64,000 nt of DNA, taken from positions 10,352 to 74,351 of the forward strand of contig JAYTHE010000003.1 of the NCBI GenBank assembly GCA_043732705.1. The letters run 5' to 3'. Below are positions 1 to 12,000 of the stretch, one piece after another (positions within the stretch are counted from its first letter, which is position 1; every line of letters starts with the position of its first letter). This DNA comes from Candidatus Omnitrophota bacterium. Lineage in GTDB: Bacteria > Omnitrophota > Omnitrophia > Omnitrophales > Aquincolibacteriaceae. The notes beneath the pieces are model-generated. The model searched no databases. It saw only the letters and a program-made list of their open reading frames with translations, and was not told where the DNA came from. Position numbers and translations under genes: made by a program.

Positions 1-1096
1 TTCCAAGTCCGTGATCTTTCGTCAACGCGTCAAAAAGTTTAATTGAAAGCGCCGCGACAGAAGTCGCTCCGGCTTTGTCATAACCAAATTTTTCTCCGAG
101 ATGCCGCGCAGAATTTAAAACCTGCTTGGAAAGATCGGTGCGTTTATAACCCGAAAACATTTGTGCCATTTCCTGCAAAATTGCTTCCCGAATACTCATC
201 ATCGGCACAATCATTTCTTCGGCGCCGGTTTCGGAAAGAAAAGAACTGTAAAGAAACAATGCCGCTTGATAGGCCTCAGCTTCATCGAGAGGAATGCCGC
301 TTTCCTTCGCAATTTCCTCGGCTGTTTTTTTGGAAATGGTTTTAATATAAGCCGTAAAAGCTTTCTTATCTAAAATCGCATAAGTTTGATTCGTAATGTC
401 CGCTTCGATTTGGCGGGCGGCTTGACGCATATCGCCACCCAAACCGATAAAAGTTCCCAGATTTTGAAAATGACAATCGCGGTCTTCGCCCACACAGATT
501 TGATGTACGGCGCGTTTCACAAGCCTCCCCAACGCTTGAGCATCGATGCTGCCCAATACCGCGTCATCGGGCAAGCGCATGGAACCAATTCCAAGGTTAC
601 GGTTAATTTCTACCGCCCCCTGATTGAGTACGATCATTTCTGTACTGCCCGAGCCCACTTCAATAATTAAGCAGCGTTTTTGATCGAGTTTCATTTTGTC
701 AGCCAATGCGGTTTCTACCGCGATCAACTCAAGACGGCTTTCTTCGGGCGCTTCCAGAACTTCTACGTCAAGTCCCGCACGCACAAAAGCCTGGTCGATA
801 AAACTATCGCGATTCACGGCATCACGCACTGCACTCGTCGCGACAGCTTGATATTTTTTAACGCCATAATCATTCATTAAGGTGCGGTAATTTTTTAAAA
901 TCTCAATCGCCTGACGCAAAGTTTTCGTGCTAATCGAACCGGAAGCAAAAACATCACGTCCAAAACCAATCGGCTTTTGCAGGTTTTCAAGATGCCGTAT
1001 TCCGCCTTTGGCATCAATTTCAGCGACAAGCATACGAATCGCGCTGGAGCCAATGTCGATCACCGCTACGGATTCTTTGAGAAGATCTTCGGCCAT
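1..1096 (-). CDS. ppx: Ppx/GppA family exopolyphosphatase (3' end runs off the window; absent from the ORF track)
   Basis: Manual translation from ATG at 1096 gives MAEDLLKESVAVIDIGSSAIRMLVAE (ASKHA phosphate-1 motif). Near the left edge it reads IVPMMSIREAIL...SVAALSIKLFDAL, the start of the HD-like region. Confidence 0.85.
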   Translation of the reverse strand, partial: MAEDLLKESVAVIDIGSSAIRMLVAEIDAKGGIRHLENLQKPIGFGRDVFASGSISTKTLRQAIEILKNYRTLMNDYGVKKYQAVATSAVRDAVNRDSFIDQAFVRAGLDVEVLEAPEESRLELIAVETALADKMKLDQKRCLIIEVGSGSTEMIVLNQGAVEINRNLGIGSMRLPDDAVLGSIDAQALGRLVKRAVHQICVGEDRDCHFQNLGTFIGLGGDMRQAARQIEADITNQTYAILDKKAFTAYIKTISKKTAEEIAKESGIPLDEAEAYQAALFLYSSFLSETGAEEMIVPMMSIREAILQEMAQMFSGYKRTDLSKQVLNSARHLGEKFGYDKAGATSVAALSIKLFDALTKDHGLG

Positions 1097-1138
1097 ATTA
1101 CTTTGTCCTTCCCGCAAAAGCGGGCAATCTAGTCTAGC

Positions 1139-1160
1139 TCCCCGCCTGCGCGGGGATGAC
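1139..1160. repeat. REP/dRS3-like palindrome (ATTCCC-N8-GGGAAT family), intergenic copy
   Basis: tccccgcctgcgcggggatgac. Other copies at 15151, 47231, 47270, 52426, 58348 and 58386. Confidence 0.75.
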
Positions 1161-1183
1161 TCTATGCGTCTAATGACGCAGGG

Positions 1184-2176
1184 TCACTTTTTTTCAATTA
1201 AATCAAGCCCGAGCTTCGCGGCGCCCATCATCACCGCGTAATCTCCGAGCGCCGCCGCGCGGACTTTCACCGGCCTTACAAGATCGGGCATCGCGTATTG
1301 CCGCATGGTTTTGTCGGCTTCAGGAACAATCAAAGAACCCAAAGCTTCAACCAATCCGCCGCCCAAAACAATCAGCTCCGGACTCAGCAAGTTAACGGCG
1401 TTCGCCATTGAAATTCCGAGCACGCGCGCCTTCGCGAGAATCAGTTTTTTAATTTCGGTGTCTCCCGCCCGAATCGCGCGCGCAAAGGCCCCGCTTTTTA
1501 AACCGCGTAAATCCGTTCCGGCATCTTTGTAAAGATGCGGCGCTTTTTGTTTAAGTAAAAGCAATCCCGCGTCAGATGCTAAAGCCAAACGGCCCGTCAT
1601 ATTTTCCAACGTGGGACTAAGCTGATCCGTGCCAAAAGGCAGGTTCATAAAAGTATGGCCGATTTCGCCCGCCGCGCGTGTCAAACCCCGGTAAAGTTTT
1701 CCGTCAAAAATAAGCGCGCCGCCCACGCCGGTTCCGAGAAAAATTCCCAAAACATGCTTAGCATTCTTGGCCGTGCCAAATTGCTGTTCCCCATATAAGC
1801 CGGCATTCACATCATTTTCAAGCGCAACGGGCACGCGTAATTTTTTTTGAAGGATGGATTTGAGCGGGCATTTTTTTAGAAAAGCAAGATTAGGCGAAAC
1901 CTGAACAATTCCCGTATCAGGATCAATGATGCCCGGGCAGCCCGCGCCCATCGCTAAAATATTTTTCGCGGTTAAATCATTTTCGAGCAGCAATTCCTGA
2001 ACCGCCGTGGTCAGCATTTTGACGAATACCGCCAAACCGCGGCCCGGTTCAACTTTCATTTTCTCAGTCGCAACAATCGAAAAGTTGGGCCGAAGAAGCC
2101 CCACGAGAACTTTAGTCCCGCCGATGTCGACACCGATCAGGTATTTTTTGGAGGACGCTTTTTTCTTCTTAGCCAT
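1184..2176 (-). CDS. ROK family sugar kinase (glucokinase-like)
   Basis: GVDIGGTK, LENDVNA, GTGVGG, AGEIGH and LGGG motifs. Confidence 0.88.
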   Translation of the reverse strand: MAKKKKASSKKYLIGVDIGGTKVLVGLLRPNFSIVATEKMKVEPGRGLAVFVKMLTTAVQELLLENDLTAKNILAMGAGCPGIIDPDTGIVQVSPNLAFLKKCPLKSILQKKLRVPVALENDVNAGLYGEQQFGTAKNAKHVLGIFLGTGVGGALIFDGKLYRGLTRAAGEIGHTFMNLPFGTDQLSPTLENMTGRLALASDAGLLLLKQKAPHLYKDAGTDLRGLKSGAFARAIRAGDTEIKKLILAKARVLGISMANAVNLLSPELIVLGGGLVEALGSLIVPEADKTMRQYAMPDLVRPVKVRAAALGDYAVMMGAAKLGLDLIEKK

Positions 2177-2328
2177 AAACCCTTCTAACTATTTAAAACT
2201 TCGACGCGTAAGACTCATTAGAAAAGTATAGCTGTAGGCGGCCCCTATTTGCAATGTTCCGGACTGTAAATTGTGATTGTATAGAGGAAAACAGTAGCAA
2301 AGCGCGGCGCAGCTAAAATAAGCGGGAC

Positions 2329-2841
2329 TTATTTCTTTTTCATCGTCAGGCTGTTTTGATAGCGTTTTTGCGATTCATCGATCACTTTAATCGCGGCGTC
2401 ATAACCTGCCCAGCCTTCAATGCCGGTTTCTTTGTATTCCAAATCTTTGTAAGTCGTAAAAAAATGTTCGATTTCTTTTAAAAGATGCTGCGGCACATCG
2501 GAAAGATTGTTGATATGACTCCAAAAAGGGTCTTTCAGGGGAACGCAAAGCACCTTTTCATCCACGCCTTTTTCGTCCCACATTTTAAATACACCAACTG
2601 GCTTCGCGCGCACCACGCAGCCCGGGAAAGTCGGTTCCCAAACAAGCACAAGCGCGTCAAGCGCGTCGCCATCCAACGCGAGCGTATCCATAATAAATCC
2701 ATAGTCGCTCGGATAATGAACTGATGAAAATAACATTCGGTCGAAACGCAGCATTCCTAACTCTTTATCATATTCGTATTTATTGCGACAGCCCTTTGGA
2801 ATTTCGACCATGATTGTTAGCGCATCTTTTTCATCAAACAT
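2329..2841 (-). CDS. ppa: Family I inorganic pyrophosphatase
   Basis: EIPKG..NKYEYD, YPSDYG, DGDALD, D..K and HFF..YKDLE motifs. Confidence 0.95.
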   Translation of the reverse strand: MFDEKDALTIMVEIPKGCRNKYEYDKELGMLRFDRMLFSSVHYPSDYGFIMDTLALDGDALDALVLVWEPTFPGCVVRAKPVGVFKMWDEKGVDEKVLCVPLKDPFWSHINNLSDVPQHLLKEIEHFFTTYKDLEYKETGIEGWAGYDAAIKVIDESQKRYQNSLTMKKK

Positions 2842-2955
2842 AGATTACCTCGGGTATTCGATCCACGGGCCACGGCCGCGGGAAATAAAATTATAAAATC
2901 CAACGCTATATAAACGGCTTTTCTAGGACAAAGCTTGAGGCGACGCTTGAATCCT

Positions 2956-2997
2956 AACTCCCGGTATTGGGATTGGTTTCTCCCATCACCGGGAGTT
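2956..2997. terminator. Stem-loop downstream of giant gene 1
   Basis: Inverted repeat aactcccggt...accgggagtt with an inner tggga/tccca stem, about 20 nt past the stop. There is no clear U-tract. Confidence 0.45.
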
Positions 2998-3018
2998 GAC
3001 CTTGGTTTCAGGCGAGAA

Positions 3019-6000
3019 TTATGCGGCGGAGGAAACAATTTGAAGGGTTTGCAGTATTTGTAAGATTTTCCCAGCCATACCAAGAAAACCTGCGCGCGTC
3101 ATCTTGTAACGCTTAATCGTGCCTATTGGCTTATTTTCTTCAAACCCTTCTAACTGCCTGCTTCCGGAAAATTCTGAAAATTTTGTTGCCTGTAAATTAA
3201 GCACTAATGCGCGCTTGTCCGGAGCAACCGAATCTAAATCCGCTCGATCAAAAGTAGATACTCCTTTGACATTGGATTTATCAAAAAAATCAGCCGGAAA
3301 AATATTCAGCTTATCTTCGCTTCCGACTAAACCATATTCCGCTCCACCGAAGAATCGAGCTGCCGCATCTTTCAAAACTCTCTGGGCTTTATCCGCTGAG
3401 CCTAAAATCTCAAATTTAATTCGTCCTGAATATTTTTTGGAACTCTCCGACATTTTCCAATTCTGATTCGCTGCGGCCAAAATAAGTATTTTGTGGTTGG
3501 GCTTAGCCTCAAGCACAGGCACCACATCTCGGAGGAATTCTTCTTCGGTTGGAAGTTTATCAAGAATCAACGCTGTATTAGCATGCTCTTCGCTTGCTAT
3601 GTCGGATCGACGAATCGCATCAATCACATTTCCATTTTCAGAGCGCAGCGCCACAATCTGCGCATATTCGTCAATTGTGGAGATTTGAATTGCTTGGCGC
3701 GCTTTGAGCGTATCTGCGTTAGCCTCTTTGCTTCCGAAATTAAAAATACCCCAAGCTAATAATACGGGGATCAATTTAAAAATCCCGCGCGCTTCGGATC
3801 TTTTAAGCGCATCGGGATTGAAACCTAATTGTATTTTCTCTATACCTGAAATTTGTGATCGTAATTCGGAACGATTTGCTTTTTCTTTAGCAACTTGAAC
3901 TGCGTTTTCAAGAAATTCAAACATTTTCATACCTTTTCCGAAAGCACCAATTATTCCAAGCGCGCCGGCCTTGGCTTTAATTTCATCAGTCAAATCGCCC
4001 GTATTAAGTATAAAACTTAATTTTTCATCCATTTTCATCCACTTTTCAATAAGCGCCCAGCCTTCTTCCCCTTCTCCAACATTCTCGCCGCCGCCAGGCG
4101 GCATATCTTTATCTGTCACAATAAGTGAATATTCCTGAAAACGCTTTTGCAAGTGTTTGTCAGCTTGTTCCGCCGCATCCTGTCCAACAATCAAAGTTAC
4201 ATGATCATCTCCCACAATCATTCTCAATATATCAGCAACTACTTCTCCATTTTGCTGCTTATCATCCACAACCATGATTCTATTTCGGGGGCTCTTTGCT
4301 TCGTCCGGCTTCTGAACCATTTCCTTATCGGGTTCTAAAGCCGAAATTTTTGCAATATGCTCTCCCAGCTCAATTAAAAATTCTTCGTAAATCTGTCCGG
4401 CTCCAGACTGCACTCCCAATTGCATAATTTTATCACTCAAAGCTTCGAATTCATTTCCAAGAGTTTTGAACCCGACTATTTTTTCTTCCGTTGTCATCTC
4501 GATTGAAAAAACAAGATGCGCTAATCGGCTTTTCACAATCATCATCAAGACTTGATAGACCGGACTATTTTTTTCTAAGTGACGCGCAACATCATAATGA
4601 TTATTCACTACCTGAATTAAGAAGCTTTTAAGATTGTCCAATGCGTCGGAGCGAATTTCGGAACGAACAGCGACTTTGGGATTACCGCGCGATTTGGCGC
4701 GGTCTTCAGCTGTCGCAATGCGGTTTTCCGATCGATTTTGTTGTCCGTCGTCTACTTTACTGCTTTCCGCAGCAGATGTTGATCTTAAAATAATAATATT
4801 CTGTCCGATTTTCTTTTCGACTGTAAAATTCTCTCCCAACTCATCTTCGAAAACTCCAACTGCCACAACGCGGATTACTCGCTCCGCTCCAGTTGCTCTT
4901 AATTGCCGCATCATGACGCCAAACGATCGATCCATGTTAGGACGAAAAACATAAAAAACCGTTCCGTCTTTAAAGGGATTTGGCCGCTGCGTGGTTGCTT
5001 CGTCTATATCTTGAAAGTCTCCCTTCCAGATTGCCATTTCTTTTAAATGAATGCGTTTTTCTTCCGCTATTTTTTTCAATGCTTCAATAATTTTTTTACT
5101 CAATTCAAATAATGCATCGTCTCTCTCCACCCCTTTTGCTGCTCCTGCTTGGGTTAATAATCCCGACAGCCAAACAACACGCCCATCACCTGAGCCTAAA
5201 TCATAAATAGTGTCTTCAGCACTTAGTTGGAGTTCATTCAAAATTGCTGCGACAGTTCTTAAAGGTGTACGCGCAAAATAAGCCTCTTCCTGCACGACCG
5301 CCTGTCCATAGTTTATCGGCTCAGGATTGATTTCTTTTGCGAGCTTAGCTAGTTCATTTAATTGATCTTCCAAAGCTCCCCACCCATCCGGAAGCTTACT
5401 ATTTATTTGCTCATTAAGAACGCTCGCAAATGCATCTATCCTTTTTCCCAACTCAGCTTTTTTCTGCTCCTTCACATCCCGCATTTCGGAACGGGATTTT
5501 GATTGAAAACGCGATAGTTTTTTGAATCCTAAAAATCCCGCCAACAGTGACATCGAAATTATCGCGTTAAAATAAAGCGGGGTTAAATCAATCGGCTGAT
5601 CCGATTGCCAAATTGCGGTGACCGCCAAACCCATTAATATGAATACGCTCGCTGACATCGAAAGAATAAATGCAATCCCGGCTGATTTCCCACGCTGAAT
5701 GCTTCTTTTTTCACGGCCACTCAAAGCAACTACCACAGCCGCAATGCCCGCCAAAATCAAAGGCAAGCGGGAAAACTCTTCAAACAGGGTTTTAGCAAGA
5801 ACAGGCTCTGCCGCTTGGGGTTCGGGGAAGACTTCAGCCGCAACAAATAACTTCGATTCTGCTGTTTTAGAAAAATTGCTGCGCCTCAACATCGCAACTG
5901 CCACCCTTGTTTTCTTTGAATTGTCAGCGTCAATCTTTGCCTGTGCTTTTTCTCTTTTGGTTGCGGCTTCGGGAGTCTCGTTTTTAGGAGCACGGATTAT

Positions 6001-9000
6001 TTTTATACGGTAATGGTTTGCGTAAAAATTGAGCGCCCGCGCTTCAATCTTTGCCGCGTTGAGAGGATCTTTCTCATCACCCACTAAATCAGGAATATTC
6101 GCGAGAAATGAGGCGTCATCCTTCGAATTCTTCCAAATTTGACGGAAGACAAGTGTCATCATAAATGTCAAATCCAGCTTTTCGTTATTGAGGATTTTTT
6201 TAGCAAGCCATGGGCCGATGATATCCATCGCTTTTGTTTCATTGTTGGGCGCTTGGGCTTTAAGCGTGTCAACCAACTCTTTAATTTCATCTGCCTTCAA
6301 GCCAAGGCCTTCCGCGATCTCGGAGTGCAGATGATTGAGCACGGTTGACCGTATGTCCGATCCTTTGAAATTGTTATAATAAAACCAAGTAAAAAGATGG
6401 TCTTGACCAACGCGGCTGCCTTCTTTTCCCGTTTCAATTTGTCCCCACCCCACAGCGATGAATTGCTCGATGAAATTTTTAATACGCTGGTTCTTGAGCC
6501 AATAGCCTGATTCATTCGCAACAATGATCTGTCCAAGCCGAATTAAACTTTCACGTTTATTTTCTTTTTCTTCTTCCGCAATATTCATTTCATTAAAAAT
6601 CGGGTCGAGAATTTCATTCAAAATTTTACGGGCTTCAGCCGGACTAAAACGATTCGTTTCTTTTTGCTGCGCTTCTTGATCCTTCGTGAGTCGGACAATC
6701 TGTTTTGGCACAACCTCCGGAGCTTCGTTTAAAATTTTAAGAACATTCGGACTTTTGATTTTCTTTAATTTCGCGGGATCAAGCATATTTGCGGGAGCCA
6801 TTTTTAATTCTGGTGTAGTTAATTTTGCGATCGCCTCTAGTGGACCTGCCAACGCGATGGTTCCCGCGGTTACGATTTGCCCTAAGAAGCCGCGCCTATT
6901 TCGTATTTCGGAGCGTCTAACTGCCGGCTGCGTAGGAGCGGCGAGTTCGGCGTCAAATTCGCGCCTAAAAAGTTCCACTATTTCATGTCGTGAAGATTTA
7001 AGGTCATTCCCTTCCTTCAAAATAGTCTGATTAAGATCCATATAAAGCTGCGGCAATCCCGCCCATGAAAAATAATGGCCTGAAAAATTCCCAACATCAG
7101 CGTTTCTGAAATAGGATGAAAAAATTTCAGGAAATTTCTTTCCAAGCATCTCTTTTAATTCTAATCGACGGCCCGATTCAACCGATCCGAATTTGGGCGA
7201 ATCATAAGGATTCTCAAGCATTTTTTGAAAAATCATGATACTAAAAATCAATGATTCAAAATTTTTGATTAAATAAGCCAGTCGGTCATCAGGCGATAAT
7301 TCAGAAAGCGCAGTCGTTCCTTCATAATCTTTAAGGCGCGGCCGCCCATTTTCATAAACAAAATTATTATTTGTCGGTTGTCCATGTTTAGCAAAAGCAT
7401 TGAGGTCACGTAAACTTCCGGCGTATTCACCGAGACGCAAAGACAACCAGTCTGTTAACTCGATGGAATCTTTCGTTTCTGCGGCTTTTTCCGCTACCAT
7501 CGAATAAAGGCTGGTTTCGTCCTGTCCTTCCAAGAGCTCAATAAAGTAGCCGACTTCAATCGTATGAGTTCCCGACTTATCACGATAGGAAAAATTTTTA
7601 TTCGTAAATTTACCAAAGCCAACCGGAGGAGCCACAAGCAGTTTGTTTTTTTGAGCAAGCTTTGCTCCGTGAAACCGACTCTCAGCATAGATCGCTTCAC
7701 TTGAGCCTGCAGGGTGTGGCGGAATATCAATCCAGTGAATGACTCCGTCTCGAGGCGCAAGCAATACTTCGGATTGGCTATTAGCTCTAAAATCAAGCGG
7801 CGGAATATCTTTATCAGCGGAAATTAAAACTCCGATTATTTTCGCAGATTCATACTTTCTGCCTTCAATTTCAACCGGCCGGATCAAAGGCAAAATCACA
7901 GTTCGGTGATCATCCCAATCACCAACGGTGTGCGCACGGCCATTTGAAAAATTCCCGCCCTGCTTTAAAATATACATAATTCTGTCTTGGTCCACTGCTA
8001 ATTTGTCCCAAATATCGCCATCAACATAAAATTCACTGGTTAATGGCGCTGACGGCCCATCAATCACAATTGTCCGCATTTCGCCTGCCTGCCGGCGAGG
8101 CAGGGAGCGCGCAGTCTTTGGAACCGCAATAATCAATTTTGATGCTTTAACAAAAGAACTATATTCGGGGTAGTCTGCTGGTAAATCTTGAATAGAAACA
8201 TCAAACCCCGCGTTTTGAATAGCGGCCATGATTCCATTTTGTCTGCTATCAATCACATCATTGCTCTCAACGGTGACAAGTAAAATGCCTCCCGGATTTT
8301 TTAAAAGTTCCAAAGCGCGATTTGCAAGCTCACCAGGGGCCGTCTCAATATTATTAATAGTTACAATCTCAACAGGATGTTTCTTTAATTCTAAAAACTC
8401 GGATTCAAATTGCGCGTTTGCCTTGATGATTCTTTTACGGACATTTTCATTAATCGGAGTAGCTTCATCAGGATAAGGTTCAGTTGCCTTCCAACCTTTT
8501 ACTTTATAACCCCTGTCCCTCAGATATTTTTCGAATTCCGGCGGAAAAGCTCCCGCCCCGGTGTCCAAATCAATAAATTCAAGCTCTGCTCCGGCAGAGA
8601 GACGCTGACTCAAAAGATCCGCAAGAGTTCGCATTTCGGAGCGTTTAACTGAAGGAATAAGCGGAACCGGGTTAAATTTTAAAGGTTTCGCGTTTAAGTA
8701 GTCACTTAACGCCAAATTACTTTCTATTTGAATCTCGTTTGGAGCTAACCGGGGGAAACCTAGAGTTACAGCATCCGGTTTCATCCAAAAAACATCTAGG
8801 GTTACTCTCAAGCGAGCATCTTGCGGCAGTTGGTGGATATTTTCTTCTCCCACGATTTTCTTTAATCGCAAAAGAATATAATCGGTCAAAAGTTTAATAT
8901 CAGAGTTTACTTTTTGTTTGAATATATTTACCTCTTCGGCCTGCATTCCAAAAGGCGCGTAGACATCATAGGTCTTTTCCGCCCCACGCACCTCATTGCC

Positions 9001-12000
9001 CTTGCGATTTGCAAACATCGCGTTGCCGCCAATGCGCGTAAACGAAAAATCTTGTATAAGATCAGAAGGCACACCTGTTTTTATTTCAATTTCGCCATTG
9101 TGCGGGTTAAGTGAAATAAAATAGCGGGTCTCCAAACTTCGAGGACGGCCTTCTTTTTCGACCTTAAAAAGGTCGAGCATCTCTTCAATCATTCCGGCAT
9201 CGTTGAGACTGCTGCTTATTTTTTCCCAAATCGTATAAAGAGCATTAGCGGCATTTTCATAACTGTGAGTTTCAATCTTAATTTCAAGCAGCCCTTGATC
9301 GGGCAAACGGGTGACTGCAACGCCCGGAATCTTCTCAATGGCCTGAGGAATAATTGTGGCCCAATCAATTCTCCGAGACACATCTTTCTCCGGCTGATAA
9401 GCCATGCTAACTTTTAAATGGTCTGCATCTTCTCTTTCAATAAAGAAAATGCCTTCGCCGCCTGCACCGCCATTGGGTTTAAATACAAGCGGGAGCTTTC
9501 GATTTCCACTCACAATCTCTCGCGCAAGACTTTTAAAATTTAAAAGATTTTCACCAGGAATGAGCTGCCGTTTTAAAACTTTAAATACGTCGCTTTCTCT
9601 TTTCGCAAGCTGTTGTGGAGCCTGTATGCCCGCAAAGAACTTAACGCCCTCAATCGGCGCACCTTTCATCATTTCTCGCACTCCCAACTTCGTAAACAAA
9701 ACATTAAAAAGATTTTGCAAAGAAATTGGATTTTGCCGCATTTCGGAGCGAGCAACTTTAGACTCGAGGGAATTGAACTCTCCAACACTCTCGAGTCTCC
9801 GGTCTTCGGCTTCCGGGCTTTCGATTTTGCGCGATTCCTGTCTGCCGGCAGGCATGGCAAAACGAAGAGGGGCCAATCCAGTTTGAAATACCGCAAGCAT
9901 CAATTGGAAAAGCGAATTAGGCGCGCCTTGCCCGGATGCAGCTAATCTTCTATCCACAAAAAATTTGCCGGCCCTGAGCAAACCCAATATACCCGTTAAA
10001 ACACCCAATGTGGTTATCCAGGGAAAAGCCGCGAAAACTGCAGCAAGTGCGCTCGCAACTCCTGCCACACCAATAACAACGAAAGCAAGAGCGGTCGGAA
10101 TACTTATCGAACGGTTCTCTGATCGATGATTGCCCGGCTCTTTCAAATTTGCAGCGACACCTATCGAGCGCAATTCATCACGCCCCTCATCATTTAACTT
10201 TCCACCTTTTGAAAGAAAGTCTTTCAAGCTCATCACGACGGGTTTTGATCCGGGCACTCTCTGAAAGATTCGTTCGGCCGATTTAATATTTTTTAAACTT
10301 TGCGGCTTTTGCAAGCGAATCACAATTTGATTAACTTGTACCAACTGAGGCAATCCATTTTTTACCTCCGTTCCATCCGATCGTCGTCGGGCTCTTCTCG
10401 CCTCAATATAACTATCCCAATTTTTTAAAGTTTTTACGTTTTTAAAGTTTTTAAGCATTGATTTCAGGCGCAATTCTGACTTTGTTCTGTCGTCTAAGTG
10501 AAATTCCAACATAATTTCCGGGTTGACTCCTTCGGGCGTACCTGCTGGAACCTCAAAGCGTTTTAAAAGTGCTGCAAGTGTGGGAAACCCCTGCTTTTTC
10601 AAGAATGCCGAGAGTTTCAACTGTCTTTCTTTCGAACCCGGCTCAAAATCAAATACAAGTGGTTCCGGCCATTTCAGTTTTTCCGCGGAACTTACCTTCT
10701 CAATGCTCTCGCCCTGCTTCCGCATTTCGGAGCGGGCCATTTCAGGCCCGAGACCCAAGGCCCGAGACCCGAGGGTTTCAAGTCTTGCATCACCGAACGC
10801 CGTCCCGGCGGGAGGGGTTAGATCTGCATGGGCCTCAAAAAGCTTTGAAAGGTTATGTGCCAAAGCAAAGGTGTCTAGGAAATTCTCGAACCCGGGGTTT
10901 TCGTAATCCTTTTCTAGATAGAGCGCCTTATCTTTCGTCAGATCAACTTGTTTACGTAATGCTGTCAAATCCGCCAGCAATTTTTCCTGGCCCGTTTCAA
11001 ACGGCAAACCGTGAGAAAAATTTTCTCGGGCTTTCTGATTGTATTTCAGCGTTGCTTCGAAAGAATAAAATAAATATTTCATTATGACCGGCACAACATA
11101 CCCATCAACAAAGTGTCCTTCATGCTGAAACCAATCAAATTCATTCAAAATGAGCATCAAGGTAAGCTGTTCATGCTCATCCGCTGAAAAAACTTGAAGC
11201 GCCTCAAAAAGTGGCACCATCGTTTTTTTCAGATAGGATTGCTTGAGGGCTTCAAGCACAACGTCGCCTCCCTCCTGTGCGCCTAAAAAAATTTCCAATG
11301 CCGCGTAATAATCCATATATTTTGAGCTGTGAACATAGTCCGTCCCCATAATTTCTTTTGTAAAGAATTCCGTCATAGCCTCATTGATGGTTGAATTGTA
11401 ATAATCAAAGGAATGATGCAGCGCCTCGTGAAGCAAGACCGACCTTACCTTTTTGGCATCGCGCGTTAACATGACCTCTTCCCTGATACGAATTTCTCCG
11501 TTTCGTATATCGTAGTCTCCATTAATGTCATCTAAGCTTCTCCACACACCTATTTGGGAAATATCAATTTTGTTCGCCGCACCCTTAAAGTAACTTTTTA
11601 ATTTTTGATTGACCCATCGCACGTGAACATCCAACACTGCGGCATAAGCAGCAGTAACATTTTCGGGGGGCTGTTTGGCTTCAACTGCCGGTTCATTTTT
11701 TGAAGACGCTACATCAGCTAACAAAAGTCCCGCTGACAACGCCTCTGCATACAAATGCTTCTGGATCTCGATCCCAGACAAATTTGTCCATTTCTCAGGA
11801 TCTAATCTTGCCGCGGCCACGGCTTCAGCTTCTACCAGAGCCATATAATGCTTAACGCCTGTTATATTGATGCGAAATTCGGAGCGGCCGGTATCCCCAT
11901 CTTCCGCGGATTTCGGTTCTCTGTAAGGGTTTAGTCGAATGATTCTTCTGATAACGTCTGTCTTAAGCTTACTAATTTGTCCCGCGGCTTTCGGGGTTTC

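Noticed and set aside
43-1241. Several short + strand ORFs in the ORF track
   Set aside because: They are antisense shadows of the minus-strand ppx gene, which the track missed because its stop lies outside the window.
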